DNA from: SAR202 cluster bacterium
GTDB lineage: Bacteria; Chloroflexota; Dehalococcoidia; Lucifugimonadales; GCA-2719675
Direction: 5' to 3'
DNA: 64,000 nt
NCBI GenBank assembly: GCA_009392295.1
Contig: VFGW01000008.1
Location: 138,842-202,841 of the forward strand
A program made the position numbers and the translations under genes. This document shows, piece after piece, positions 37,716 to 47,171 of the stretch; position 1 is the first letter of the stretch, and each line of letters begins with the position of its first letter. The notes beneath the pieces are model-generated. The model had not been told where the DNA came from, did no database searches, and worked only from the letters and a program-made list of their open reading frames with translations.

Positions 37716-39050
37716 TTAATTAGTTTTTGTAAGTTTTAAAATTAAGTAACCTATAACACCTGCTAGTAAAGATGCACTAAAAATAGCCATTTTTGAGGTA
37801 GATATTAAATCATATGCTTCGAAAGCTAATCCACTTAAAAATATGGACATGGTAAATCCAATACCACCCAAGAATCCAATTCCAATAATTTGTTTCCAGT
37901 TTACACCTGAAGGAAGATTTGAGATGCCTAATTTTACAGATAAATAACTGAAAAGAAATATTCCTATTGGCTTTCCTGCTAATAGTCCAAAAATTATTCC
38001 AGTTGTTAATGAACTAGTATTAGATATAGCATCTTGATCAATTATAAATCCAGAATTAGATAATGCAAAAATAGGAATTATAAAAAATGCTACCCAATAG
38101 TGCAGGCTATGTTCCAATCTTTGTAGGGGAGATTCTACATCTTTTACAGCTATCTCTAATCCGTTCAAGGCACTTCTTTGTTCTAAAGTACTTAGAGCAG
38201 AACTACCTTTTGAAGTCCTAGAATCATATGGAGGCTCAAAATATTTCAAAAGATTTTTACAACGCTCAACAAATTCAGAAGTGTTGATTTGGACTTTTAA
38301 TGGAATTGTCATTGAAACTAAAACCCCTGCAATTGTTGCATGAATACCTGAATGTAAAAAGCATATCCAAGTACATATTCCAATTAAGCAATAGATGGTT
38401 ATATTGCGAATTCCTGAAACGTTTGCCAATATGAGAATGAGGAGTAAAATACCAGCTATAGCTATCCTTAGCCAAATTATTTCAGAGGTGTAAAACAGGG
38501 CGATTATAAGTACTGCGCCAATGTCATCAACTATAGCTAATGCTGTTAAAAAGATTTTTAATGTTAGTGGAACTTTTCTACCTAATAATGAAAGAACGCC
38601 TAGAGAAAATGCAATATCTGTTGCTACAGGAATGCCCCATCCATTGATCGTTTCTTGATTGTAATTTAAAGCAATGAAAATTGATGCAGGTATTAACATA
38701 CCACCTATCGCTGCCATTATTGGGAATGCCGATTTTTTCAAAGATGATAAGTCTCCTAAAATCATTGATCTCTTGATTTCTAAACCAACAACAAAAAAGA
38801 ATATTGCCATTAGTCCTTCATTTATCCAATAATGTAGAGTTTCATTTATAGAGAAAGATGTAATACCTATAGTTAATTTTGTTTTCCAAATATTTTCATA
38901 AGATTCTAAACTGATTAAGTTTACCCATAATAAAGCAACAATAGCTGCAATAAACATTACTATTCCAGCTGAAGCTTCTAGGGCTGTAAATTGTTGGAAA
39001 GGTGTAATTAAATTTTTAGAAGATATTTTTGAGTTAAATAATTTTTGCAT
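37716..39050 (-). CDS. nhaA: Na+/H+ antiporter NhaA.
   Basis: FFFVVGLEIKR and the AIVDDIGAVLIIALFY Asp pair are present. Confidence 0.9.
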   Translation of the reverse strand: MQKLFNSKISSKNLITPFQQFTALEASAGIVMFIAAIVALLWVNLISLESYENIWKTKLTIGITSFSINETLHYWINEGLMAIFFFVVGLEIKRSMILGDLSSLKKSAFPIMAAIGGMLIPASIFIALNYNQETINGWGIPVATDIAFSLGVLSLLGRKVPLTLKIFLTALAIVDDIGAVLIIALFYTSEIIWLRIAIAGILLLILILANVSGIRNITIYCLIGICTWICFLHSGIHATIAGVLVSMTIPLKVQINTSEFVERCKNLLKYFEPPYDSRTSKGSSALSTLEQRSALNGLEIAVKDVESPLQRLEHSLHYWVAFFIIPIFALSNSGFIIDQDAISNTSSLTTGIIFGLLAGKPIGIFLFSYLSVKLGISNLPSGVNWKQIIGIGFLGGIGFTMSIFLSGLAFEAYDLISTSKMAIFSASLLAGVIGYLILKLTKTN

Positions 39051-39150
39051 AATTTATCGGGTTAATTCCTACTAACAAATATTAGACAGTTACTTCATTT
39101 TATTTTCTCATTAGCTTAAAGAAAGATGCAACTAACTTGAAGTGATTTGT

Positions 39151-40284
39151 TTAATCGAAATTAATTGAGTAAATGGACTTTAGATCTTTTTCAAGCGCTA
39201 AAATATTTTTTTCAACAAATTTTTTACAGATATTTTTGATGTCATTTGAAATTTCAGGGGGAGAAAGGTCAAATAGAGATGATGTATTGTAAGCTTTAGC
39301 ATAGTTCATTGGAATATCATTTTGTAAAGTTTGAGTAGATATTACACCCCATCCGCTTGCCCATGCACGAGCAACTGCATCTAAATTGTATCCACCACCA
39401 CCGAGTGATAACCATTTAAGATTGAATGATTTGAATATTTTGAGAATTTCAGTGAAACCTTGTACCGTTAAAGATAAATGAGTTATAGGGTCTTGAAAAT
39501 GCGAATCTATTCCCATTTGTGTTACTAAAATATCGGGTTTGAAAAATTCTATTAAAGGTGGAACAATTTTTTTAAAAGTGCTTTCATACAATTCATCGTT
39601 AGTATATGGATATAGCGGAACATTTATGGAGTAACCTCTTCCTTTCCCAGTTCCAATTTCATTTGTTTTTCCTGTACCAGGGAATAAAAATTCACCTGAT
39701 TCATGTATTGATATAGTTAAAACATCTTCCCTATTGTAGAATGCTTCTTGTACGCCATCACCATGATGGCAGTCAATATCAATATAAATAATTTTCATTT
39801 TTTGCTCTAGAAATTTTTCTATAGCAATTACTGGATCGTTAAACACACAAAATCCTGAAGCATTTGATCTCATTGCATGATGAAGTCCACCAGAAATGTT
39901 AAAAACCGAATCAAATTTTGAAGAAAGTAATAAGTCTGCAGCCAAAGCTGATCCTCCAGTGGAAAGTAGTGCAGCTTCGTACATTTGTGTATAAATAGGA
40001 TTATCGCTAGTTCCCAAATTGTATAATGCTGCAGAGATAGTATTTGGTGAACTGCTAATATTTTCAACTGCATCAATATAGTCTTCAGTATGGAATTTGA
40101 TTAATTCTTTTCTTGTAGCTTTTCTAGGAGAAATTACTTTAGCATGATTTTGATTGAACGCATTATATTGTTTTAATAGATCATATGTCATTGCTAATCT
40201 TTTTGGCTGCATAGGATGCGAAGGGCTGATAATATGTTGACTAAGTTTATCAGAATATATAAAGGCGGCTTTTTTAGGTAACAT
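39151..40284 (-). CDS. Histone deacetylase-family amidohydrolase (AcuC or acetylpolyamine amidohydrolase-like).
   Basis: Motifs seen: GGLHHA, IDIDCHHGDGVQ and LGGGGY. Confidence 0.85.
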   Translation of the reverse strand: MLPKKAAFIYSDKLSQHIISPSHPMQPKRLAMTYDLLKQYNAFNQNHAKVISPRKATRKELIKFHTEDYIDAVENISSSPNTISAALYNLGTSDNPIYTQMYEAALLSTGGSALAADLLLSSKFDSVFNISGGLHHAMRSNASGFCVFNDPVIAIEKFLEQKMKIIYIDIDCHHGDGVQEAFYNREDVLTISIHESGEFLFPGTGKTNEIGTGKGRGYSINVPLYPYTNDELYESTFKKIVPPLIEFFKPDILVTQMGIDSHFQDPITHLSLTVQGFTEILKIFKSFNLKWLSLGGGGYNLDAVARAWASGWGVISTQTLQNDIPMNYAKAYNTSSLFDLSPPEISNDIKNICKKFVEKNILALEKDLKSIYSINFD

Positions 40285-41227
40285 AATTATTTTCAGTAGG
40301 TTTGAAATTTGGAATAACTTTTTCTGAAAACAATTTCATATCTTCTTGATTTTGAAAATCTTCTAGTACTGCAACACATAAATCGAATCCTAATTCTGCT
40401 ATTTCTGTTAATTTTTCAGTAATATAAACAGGATCTCCGGCAATAGGAGGATTTTCTATGTATAATCCCATGCTTTTGATTTTTTCTTGTGCTTTAGAAT
40501 GAGATTTGTCTACAAAAATTCTGGCGGTCATAGTTTTTCTGATCTTTTTAAAATTTGTTCCTTCATTAACGCAATGAGTCTTTAAAACTTTAAGTTTATG
40601 TTTTGCTTCTTCAATAGGTCTTGAAAGATCATTCCACCAATCTGCATGTTTCGCAACTACTTTAAGTGTAAATTTTTCACCACCACCACCTATCATGATA
40701 GGTGGTGGTGTTTTAGGTTTAGGTTCACAATTTGCTGATTTTATTTGATAATATTTCCCTTCAAAAGTTGCGTTTTTTTTATTCCAAAGCATTTTCATAA
40801 TTTGAGTTGCTTCAGCTAGCATTTCTGTGCGTATTTTTATTTTTGGATATTCGAATCCAAATGCTTTATATTCTTCTTCGTACCATCCTGCTCCATAGCC
40901 TAGAATTAGTTTATTATTACTCAAGTGTTGAATTGTGGCAGCCATTTTCGCCATCAATGATGGATTTCGAAATGAATTACACATTACTATCGTTCCTAAG
41001 TGAAATTGAGGGAATTTTGCAGCTATCCATGTTAATAAAGTCCAGCATTCTAGTCGAAATTCATCAGTGTAATTTAAATGATCAGATATCCAAATTGATT
41101 TGAATCCATTTGAAGCTATGTTTAGAGTTTTCTCCAAATCTGAAGAAAAGAAACTAGGTATTATTTTTTCCATACTTCTAGGTCCAGTAGGAGGATTATA
41201 TCCGAAGTCCATTGTGGGTTGGTGCAT
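40274..41227 (-). CDS. Luciferase-like (LLM-class) flavin/F420-dependent oxidoreductase.
   Basis: Motifs seen: SIWISDHL, GYGAGW and MIGGGGEK. AAAGGAG lies 5 nt upstream of ATG 41227. The ORF track starts 6 codons earlier. Confidence 0.8.
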   Translation of the reverse strand: MHQPTMDFGYNPPTGPRSMEKIIPSFFSSDLEKTLNIASNGFKSIWISDHLNYTDEFRLECWTLLTWIAAKFPQFHLGTIVMCNSFRNPSLMAKMAATIQHLSNNKLILGYGAGWYEEEYKAFGFEYPKIKIRTEMLAEATQIMKMLWNKKNATFEGKYYQIKSANCEPKPKTPPPIMIGGGGEKFTLKVVAKHADWWNDLSRPIEEAKHKLKVLKTHCVNEGTNFKKIRKTMTARIFVDKSHSKAQEKIKSMGLYIENPPIAGDPVYITEKLTEIAELGFDLCVAVLEDFQNQEDMKLFSEKVIPNFKPTENNYVT

Positions 41228-41255
41228 TTTTACTCCTTTACACAAATGATACTAT

Positions 41256-42260
41256 TTAATTAATTGTGATTATTTGATTTGTTTCTATACTTTTAGAAAT
41301 TCCATTTTGTAGGACGTGGATATTATTATATGAGGTGGCATTTGATAGAGATTGTTTGTGATTTTGAATTGATTCTATGAAAGCTTTAATACTTTCTCGC
41401 ATTCCAACAAAACCTAGCGTAGGAACTGAAGCCTTTATAGTTCCGGAAGAAGAATTTTGATCATTATTAAATGTGTAAGTCCCTTCAAGCAAATTTATTT
41501 CTATTTGGCCTTTCGATCCTGATAAGTTCAATTTTAGATTAAAAACATTAGTTTTATTTAGATTGAAATTCCATTCTCCGACGTAATTATTTGAATATTC
41601 AATTAATACGTTTCCAAAAGAAATTTGATCGGTTTGATTTTCAGATTTTCCTAAAACATTGATTCGTTTTGGGTTATGGTTTGAAAATAAATCTATGAGG
41701 TCAATATACCAAGTTGCTAATCCTGTGACGAATTCATTAGTTTCTTTTACATCATCTGTAGCATCTTTAAACCAATCACATTCTAATATAACAGTTGTTT
41801 TAAGTATTTTGCCAAGTTTTCCAGAATTTATTAAGTCATGACATTTTGCAATTATAGGTAAAAATCTAAGTTCAACATCTACGTGAAAAATTTTATCGTA
41901 TGAAGATGCGATTGTTAAAATTTCATTAGACAAATTTTCATATTTAAAAGGTGGCTCAACAAATATATTTAAGTTCTTTTTTAACGCAAGTTTAGTAGCA
42001 TTTGTAGTGATTTTTCTTGGTAATCCAATCATTACAGTGTCAACTTGAGAGTTTTCAATTAAGTCTGTGTAGTTTTCGTAAAGTAAGATGTTTTCTTTAT
42101 GAAAAATATTTTTTGCTAAATCTCTAGTTTTTTGTGATTTAGCAGCTACTGCTTTGACTGATACTAAATCTTGCATTTCAGACAAAGCAGGAACATATGC
42201 TTGTTGTGCCCAACTACCTAAACCGATTAACCCAATATTAATTTTTGATTTTGTTGACAT
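41256..42260 (-). CDS. Gfo/Idh/MocA-family NAD(P)-dependent oxidoreductase.
   Basis: It has the N-terminal Rossmann motif INIGLIGLGSWAQQAY and is typical in size. Confidence 0.8.
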   Translation of the reverse strand: MSTKSKINIGLIGLGSWAQQAYVPALSEMQDLVSVKAVAAKSQKTRDLAKNIFHKENILLYENYTDLIENSQVDTVMIGLPRKITTNATKLALKKNLNIFVEPPFKYENLSNEILTIASSYDKIFHVDVELRFLPIIAKCHDLINSGKLGKILKTTVILECDWFKDATDDVKETNEFVTGLATWYIDLIDLFSNHNPKRINVLGKSENQTDQISFGNVLIEYSNNYVGEWNFNLNKTNVFNLKLNLSGSKGQIEINLLEGTYTFNNDQNSSSGTIKASVPTLGFVGMRESIKAFIESIQNHKQSLSNATSYNNIHVLQNGISKSIETNQIITIN

Positions 42261-42286
42261 TATATTCCCTTTATTAAAAGTAATTA

Positions 42287-42943
42287 TTAAAAATCATCAG
42301 TGGATGAAGCTATAGGATGTTCATCTTGTTCTATTCTTTCGGGGCAATCTAATGAAGTGATGTTGCAGAATTTACATTCCTGAGAACTTGGAATTTTACT
42401 TGCGGGGGTCTCAGAGGTAATCCTTTTAATTAGTTTTACCAATTTTTCTGTAAAACTTTCGTTAATAGCATCAGAAGGAATGAAAACTTCGTTGTTTGAG
42501 TAAATGATTTTACCTTCGAATTTGATATTTCCATATTGGGGTAAAGCTTTTGGTAATGCGTACATATATATTAAGAGTTGAATCATATGTGATGCTGATT
42601 CTTCTCCAGTTTTTGCATCAATTATTGTCCCGGCATTGCCATTTATAGTGACTAAATCTGGTTTGCCAGACAAAGTTGCACTTTTGCCGTGTAGATTAAA
42701 GTAGTTTTGATTTTCTGTATAAATTGTTTGGCCTTTTTTTTCAAGTTCTGTTCTGATTTTATTTAATAAATCAGTATGTTCAATTTGCCATTTAGCAGAG
42801 TCAAAACCTGTACTTACTTTGGAATAAGATTTACTTTCATGTAATGATTTAAATTGAGCTGCCCACTCACATGAATTGTCACCAGATAGGAGTTTAGTTA
42901 TCCATGTTGTCCATATATAAGGTTTATCTCTACGTAGTGGCAT
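42287..42943 (-). CDS. Cas4-like PD-(D/E)XK nuclease with 4Fe-4S cysteines (orphan).
   Basis: It has Cys25, then PDLV, IIDAKTG (D-x-K), QLLIYMY (QxxxY) and a C-terminal CKFC-x6-C. Confidence 0.7.
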   Translation of the reverse strand: MPLRRDKPYIWTTWITKLLSGDNSCEWAAQFKSLHESKSYSKVSTGFDSAKWQIEHTDLLNKIRTELEKKGQTIYTENQNYFNLHGKSATLSGKPDLVTINGNAGTIIDAKTGEESASHMIQLLIYMYALPKALPQYGNIKFEGKIIYSNNEVFIPSDAINESFTEKLVKLIKRITSETPASKIPSSQECKFCNITSLDCPERIEQDEHPIASSTDDF

Positions 42944-43129
42944 TATTTTTCCCTGTATACAAAATATGAATTATATTATTATCATCTATTTGAGAACTTA
43001 TAATAGCAGTTTTTTTAAAAAATTAAAGATGTTTAAATTTCTAATCGAATATTTAATATTGGTATTGTAATTAAATAGTTGTAATAAAAATTAATCAATG
43101 CTGAAATAATTTTTAGATTAAAATGTTTT

Positions 43130-44025
43130 ATGTTGGTGTTGATGGATTATTTTCTAAATTTTGCAGCTTTGATAAGTGCTTTTACGTGGGCAATTACTGG
43201 TGTTGTTTTTAAAACAATTAACTTGAAAAATGTTTTGAGTTTTCCATTTTACGAAGCAATAGTTTCTTTTTTATTATTGTCTGTTTTTATTACATTTTTT
43301 ATGGTTGGGATTTGATATTCAGGCAAAATCTAGATAGTTTGTTCATATTTGTGATAGGCACTTCAACAGGTTGTATAGGATTTATTTGCTATGTTATTTC
43401 GATAAGAAAAATTCCTATAGGAATTGCTCTAACTTTATCAGCTTGTTCAAATATTTTAACAATTTTATTATTAGATTATTTTTTAAATTTATTTATATAT
43501 AATTGGCTAGTATTGTTCGGCTCTTTTTTGATTTTAATGAGTATTTTTTTATTAAATTTCGAATATATTTTTTCAAATACTCCTAAGATGAAAAATTCTT
43601 CATATTCAGGTATGTTTTATTCTTTGGCTGCGAGTCTAATATGGGGTTTTGCTACTTATTTAAATGATTTAGCATTAAATCATGCTCTGTTTGTAGATGC
43701 TGCTTTGGCTAGAACAATTGTTTGGGTGATTTTGCCTTCTTTAATAACGATATGTATTAGGCGAAATTTTGATTTTATTCCTGATAATAAAGTACATTCA
43801 TTTAAAATAATTTTAGCGGCAATACTAGCTACAGTATCAACTTTTTTTTGGTTTATCGCATTAAATCGTACCACAGGGTTTTTAAGTGTTATTATGAGTA
43901 ATTCCGCACCTATTTTTGCGTTAATTATTGGATATGTATTTCTTCGAGAAAAAATTTCTAAATATCAAACATTAGGTATTTTTATATCATTCAGTGGTAT
44001 TTTAATAGTGATAATGTTTAGGTGA
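43130..44025 (+). pseudogene. EamA/DMT-family transporter split into two ORFs by an apparent 1-nt frameshift.
   Basis: ORFs 43130-43315 (TM1-2) and 43312-44025 (remaining TMs) together make about 298 aa, the size of one 10-TM EamA protein. The frames switch at a T6 run (43295-43300). Confidence 0.55.
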
Positions 44026-44038
44026 TATTGTAGATGGG

Positions 44039-44794
44039 TTAATTTAGTTTTAGTGAATAAATCTCCCAATTCCCATCTCTACTAGAAGTAAATATAATTT
44101 TTTTACCATCAGGTGACCATGAGGGTGCGATATCATAGGAAGTATTATTAGAGATATTAATTTGATTAGAGCCGTCAGAGTTCATGGTATAAATTTCTCT
44201 ATTCCCATCTCGTTTACTTACAAACACAATTTTTTTACCATCAGGTGACCATGAGGGTGCGATATCATAGGAAGTATTATTAGAGATATTAATTTGATTA
44301 GAGCCGTCAGAGTTCATGGTATAAATTTCTCTATTCCCATTTCTATTACTTACAAACACAATTTTTTTACCATCAGGTGACCATGATGGAGAATAGTCAT
44401 TCGAAGGATTATTAGAGATATTAATTTGATTAGAGCCATCAGAGTTCATGGTATAAATTTCTCTATTCCCATCTCTAGTTGAATAGAACACAATTTTTTT
44501 ACCATTAGGAGAGATTAAAGGATAATAATATGATGAAGAATAAGTGGAAATTTTTGTTTGATTAGCCCCGTCATGGTTCATTGTATAAATTGATATATTG
44601 TTATTGCGGTTAGATACGAAGATAATTTTTTTACCATTATCAAACCAAGAACCAGAATAATCATCTGAAGGGTGATTAGATATGTTAGAGATCGAAATTA
44701 TAGTGTTTTTTGTTGGTTCATAATTACAACTAATGGATAATGAAAAAATCAATAATGCTAGTAAATATGTAGTTTTTTTTAAGAATTTAAACAT
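44039..44794 (-). CDS. PD40/TolB-like beta-propeller protein with a signal peptide/lipobox.
   Basis: LSISC is a lipobox-like motif. Five 44-aa blades follow (SWSPDGKKIVFVSxRxGNREIYTMNSDGSNQ). Confidence 0.8.
   Translation of the reverse strand: MFKFLKKTTYLLALLIFSLSISCNYEPTKNTIISISNISNHPSDDYSGSWFDNGKKIIFVSNRNNNISIYTMNHDGANQTKISTYSSSYYYPLISPNGKKIVFYSTRDGNREIYTMNSDGSNQINISNNPSNDYSPSWSPDGKKIVFVSNRNGNREIYTMNSDGSNQINISNNTSYDIAPSWSPDGKKIVFVSKRDGNREIYTMNSDGSNQINISNNTSYDIAPSWSPDGKKIIFTSSRDGNWEIYSLKLN
44096..44650. repeat. Tandem 132-bp coding repeats (PD40 blades). Two units are nearly identical at the DNA level.
   Basis: The unit landmark accat recurs at 44105, 44237, 44369, 44501 and 44633. By my count 44096-44208 is identical to 44228-44340 (113 bp). 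Confidence 0.85.
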
Positions 44795-44804
44795 TTATTT
44801 TTAT

Positions 44805-47123
44805 CTAAATTTTGGGGCTTAATATCTGAGATGAATTGGCATTGGATTTAATAATTTTCCAGTTATAAAACATTGGTATTAGTTTTGTGTTATTCCATAT
44901 TTTCATTTGATCTAAGTAGTGTGTACTTCCTGGATGGCCTGATGCGCCTAATGGTACAATCCACTTACATTGATTCCAGTCAGACAGATCAAAATAATAT
45001 CTTGCTACTGATGTAGCAATGATATTAAAGGGTTTTGATGGTCCAAAAAAACCAGCGTGTGGTGTATCACCATCACCATTCATTGATACAGATGGTGGAT
45101 TTAGAGTTTTTGAAAGATCTGGGAAAATTGATGACAGAGGATGTATAGGATAAGTTTTATGAACATTTCCCCATTTCCATAGCTTTAAATCTTCTCCTAG
45201 CCATTGTGTTAACCATTTAAAAGCTTCTTTTAGAGATATTTCAATTATATTATTCCAATTTAAATTTAAAGGTAACATTTCTGAATTATTTGTTTTTGCA
45301 TGGGTTGCAAATAAAGCTTCAAGTTGACGCATATGACCAGGAATACCTTTTCCTGATTCATCTAATGCATCTTTAGCCAAAGTACCTAGATTATGTTCGG
45401 CAAGTTTTTTATTTAACTGGATTCTCATTGCAGAATAAATTGTTGGTTCAATTAAATGAATCTCCATAGAGCCATCCCAATTAACCAATTTATTTTTGAT
45501 GTGTTCTAATTTTTCATTTTGGAACTTTAAATTTTTTAATAAATCACAGTAAATTTTTGCAGGTATGGATTGGCATGAGGCATGTATTTTAATCATATCT
45601 TCAGCGGTAGCATTATTAAGATTTTCAATGTGATCATAAATTACTTTTGCACGATTCCCAGGTACATAATCTAAAGATAGTAAATAGGGATATTTATTAT
45701 CTACGATTTTTTGATTTGCTGTAATAATAAATCCTGAGCTAGGGTTTGTTATCCTAGGCAAATCATTGTGTGGAATATATCCATCCCATTCATTTTCACC
45801 GGTCCAACCAGGCACTGGAAGCCAGACATTTTCTTTAGGTCTAACAGGAATTTTACCGCGATTTAAATATTGAATTGACCCTTTGGTATCTGCAAAAACA
45901 AAATTGTTACATGGATCCACCCAATTTTTCATTGCAATATCCATTTGTTTAACATTATTGACGGATAACATTTGACGAATTGCTGTTGCATTTTTATTAT
46001 TTGGCTGTAAGGCAGTATATTTTAATGAAATGGCTTTTTCATTAATAGGTTTGCCTGAAATAATTGGACCGTGTATTGTGTTAATTATCTGGATGGATCT
46101 GTTATTTGAGTTTTTAACTTTTATAGTATCGTTAATAATTTCAGCATTTATCCATTCGCCTTTATATTCATATTGAGTAATATTGTTAGGATTGAATTTT
46201 TCTATATATAGATCTTGATAATCTGACATTGCGTGAGTTACACACCATGCTACTTTGTCGTTGTGTCCAAAATGAGGAAATCCAGGGCATCCTGGGAAAG
46301 ATAGTCCTATTACGTCAAATTCATCACATGAAATATGATTTTGGTAATAAACATTTGGAACATCTAGTTCTCTGTGCGGGTCTCCTGCTATCATAGGAAG
46401 GCCTGTTTTTGTTTTATTACCATTTAAAGCCCAGCTATTAGAACCTGAGTCATGTTCAGCCAAACCTGATATAAAATCACTGATTTTATCAAAAATCTCT
46501 TCTCCGTTTTCATATGGTCCTGGATAGAATTTTCCAGGAGGTACAATTAATAGATGATTAGGTTGATAGCTTTTAAAAAGTTTAGATGCTTTTTTTGGGC
46601 CTAGTTTATTTACTACCTTAGCGCGCCATAACTTTGGTGCGAATCCACCCATCATTAAATGTCTTATTTTGTAAACTGCTAATGAATCCCAGGGTTCCCA
46701 TTTTTGGGGGTGAGTATTAATTAATTTATATTCGATAGGTAGGTTATTCGTACTATCAATCAATGCATTGACACCAGATGCATAAGATTTAAGCATTTCA
46801 ATTGTAATTTCATCTAATTTTGAGTAGTCATTTTGAACGGATGACTTGATTTGAAGTGGTCGTATAAATAAATCGTTTTCTAATCCATCTTCACCTATAT
46901 ATTCTGACCATCTGCCATATGCTTTCATTCGATCTGTATCCATGTGCCATAATCGATCTTGTGCAGTTGCAAATCCTTGTCCAAAAAATGCATCTTTTGC
47001 TTTAGTAGCTTTAATATGAGGTATTCCATAACCATCTCTGTAAATTTTCACATCTGCGGTTAAATTATGAAACTTTTGGTTTGAAGAAGTGTCAGGCAAT
47101 GTGGATTTAAAAGAATTTTTCAT
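44805..47123 (-). CDS. Penicillin acylase-family Ntn hydrolase (penicillin/AHL/cephalosporin acylase-like).
   Basis: It is about 770 aa, with the autoprocessing nucleophile context DSGSNSWALNG. Confidence 0.9.
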   Translation of the reverse strand: MKNSFKSTLPDTSSNQKFHNLTADVKIYRDGYGIPHIKATKAKDAFFGQGFATAQDRLWHMDTDRMKAYGRWSEYIGEDGLENDLFIRPLQIKSSVQNDYSKLDEITIEMLKSYASGVNALIDSTNNLPIEYKLINTHPQKWEPWDSLAVYKIRHLMMGGFAPKLWRAKVVNKLGPKKASKLFKSYQPNHLLIVPPGKFYPGPYENGEEIFDKISDFISGLAEHDSGSNSWALNGNKTKTGLPMIAGDPHRELDVPNVYYQNHISCDEFDVIGLSFPGCPGFPHFGHNDKVAWCVTHAMSDYQDLYIEKFNPNNITQYEYKGEWINAEIINDTIKVKNSNNRSIQIINTIHGPIISGKPINEKAISLKYTALQPNNKNATAIRQMLSVNNVKQMDIAMKNWVDPCNNFVFADTKGSIQYLNRGKIPVRPKENVWLPVPGWTGENEWDGYIPHNDLPRITNPSSGFIITANQKIVDNKYPYLLSLDYVPGNRAKVIYDHIENLNNATAEDMIKIHASCQSIPAKIYCDLLKNLKFQNEKLEHIKNKLVNWDGSMEIHLIEPTIYSAMRIQLNKKLAEHNLGTLAKDALDESGKGIPGHMRQLEALFATHAKTNNSEMLPLNLNWNNIIEISLKEAFKWLTQWLGEDLKLWKWGNVHKTYPIHPLSSIFPDLSKTLNPPSVSMNGDGDTPHAGFFGPSKPFNIIATSVARYYFDLSDWNQCKWIVPLGASGHPGSTHYLDQMKIWNNTKLIPMFYNWKIIKSNANSSQILSPKI

Positions 47124-47171
47124 TGACTTATTTGGATGATGATATTGAGTATTAAGTTTATGGTGTTAATA

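Noticed and set aside
42287-42943. The Cas4-like nuclease as evidence of a CRISPR-Cas locus.
   Set aside because: The window has no repeat-spacer array and no cas1, cas2 or effector genes. Cas4-like PD-(D/E)XK proteins are common outside CRISPR systems. I report it only as an orphan nuclease in an odd operon.
44039-44794. Regularly spaced 132-bp repeats that could superficially resemble a repeat array such as a CRISPR.
   Set aside because: The repeats are contiguous with no unique spacers. They are in frame and translate into PD40 blades within one ORF that has a signal peptide.
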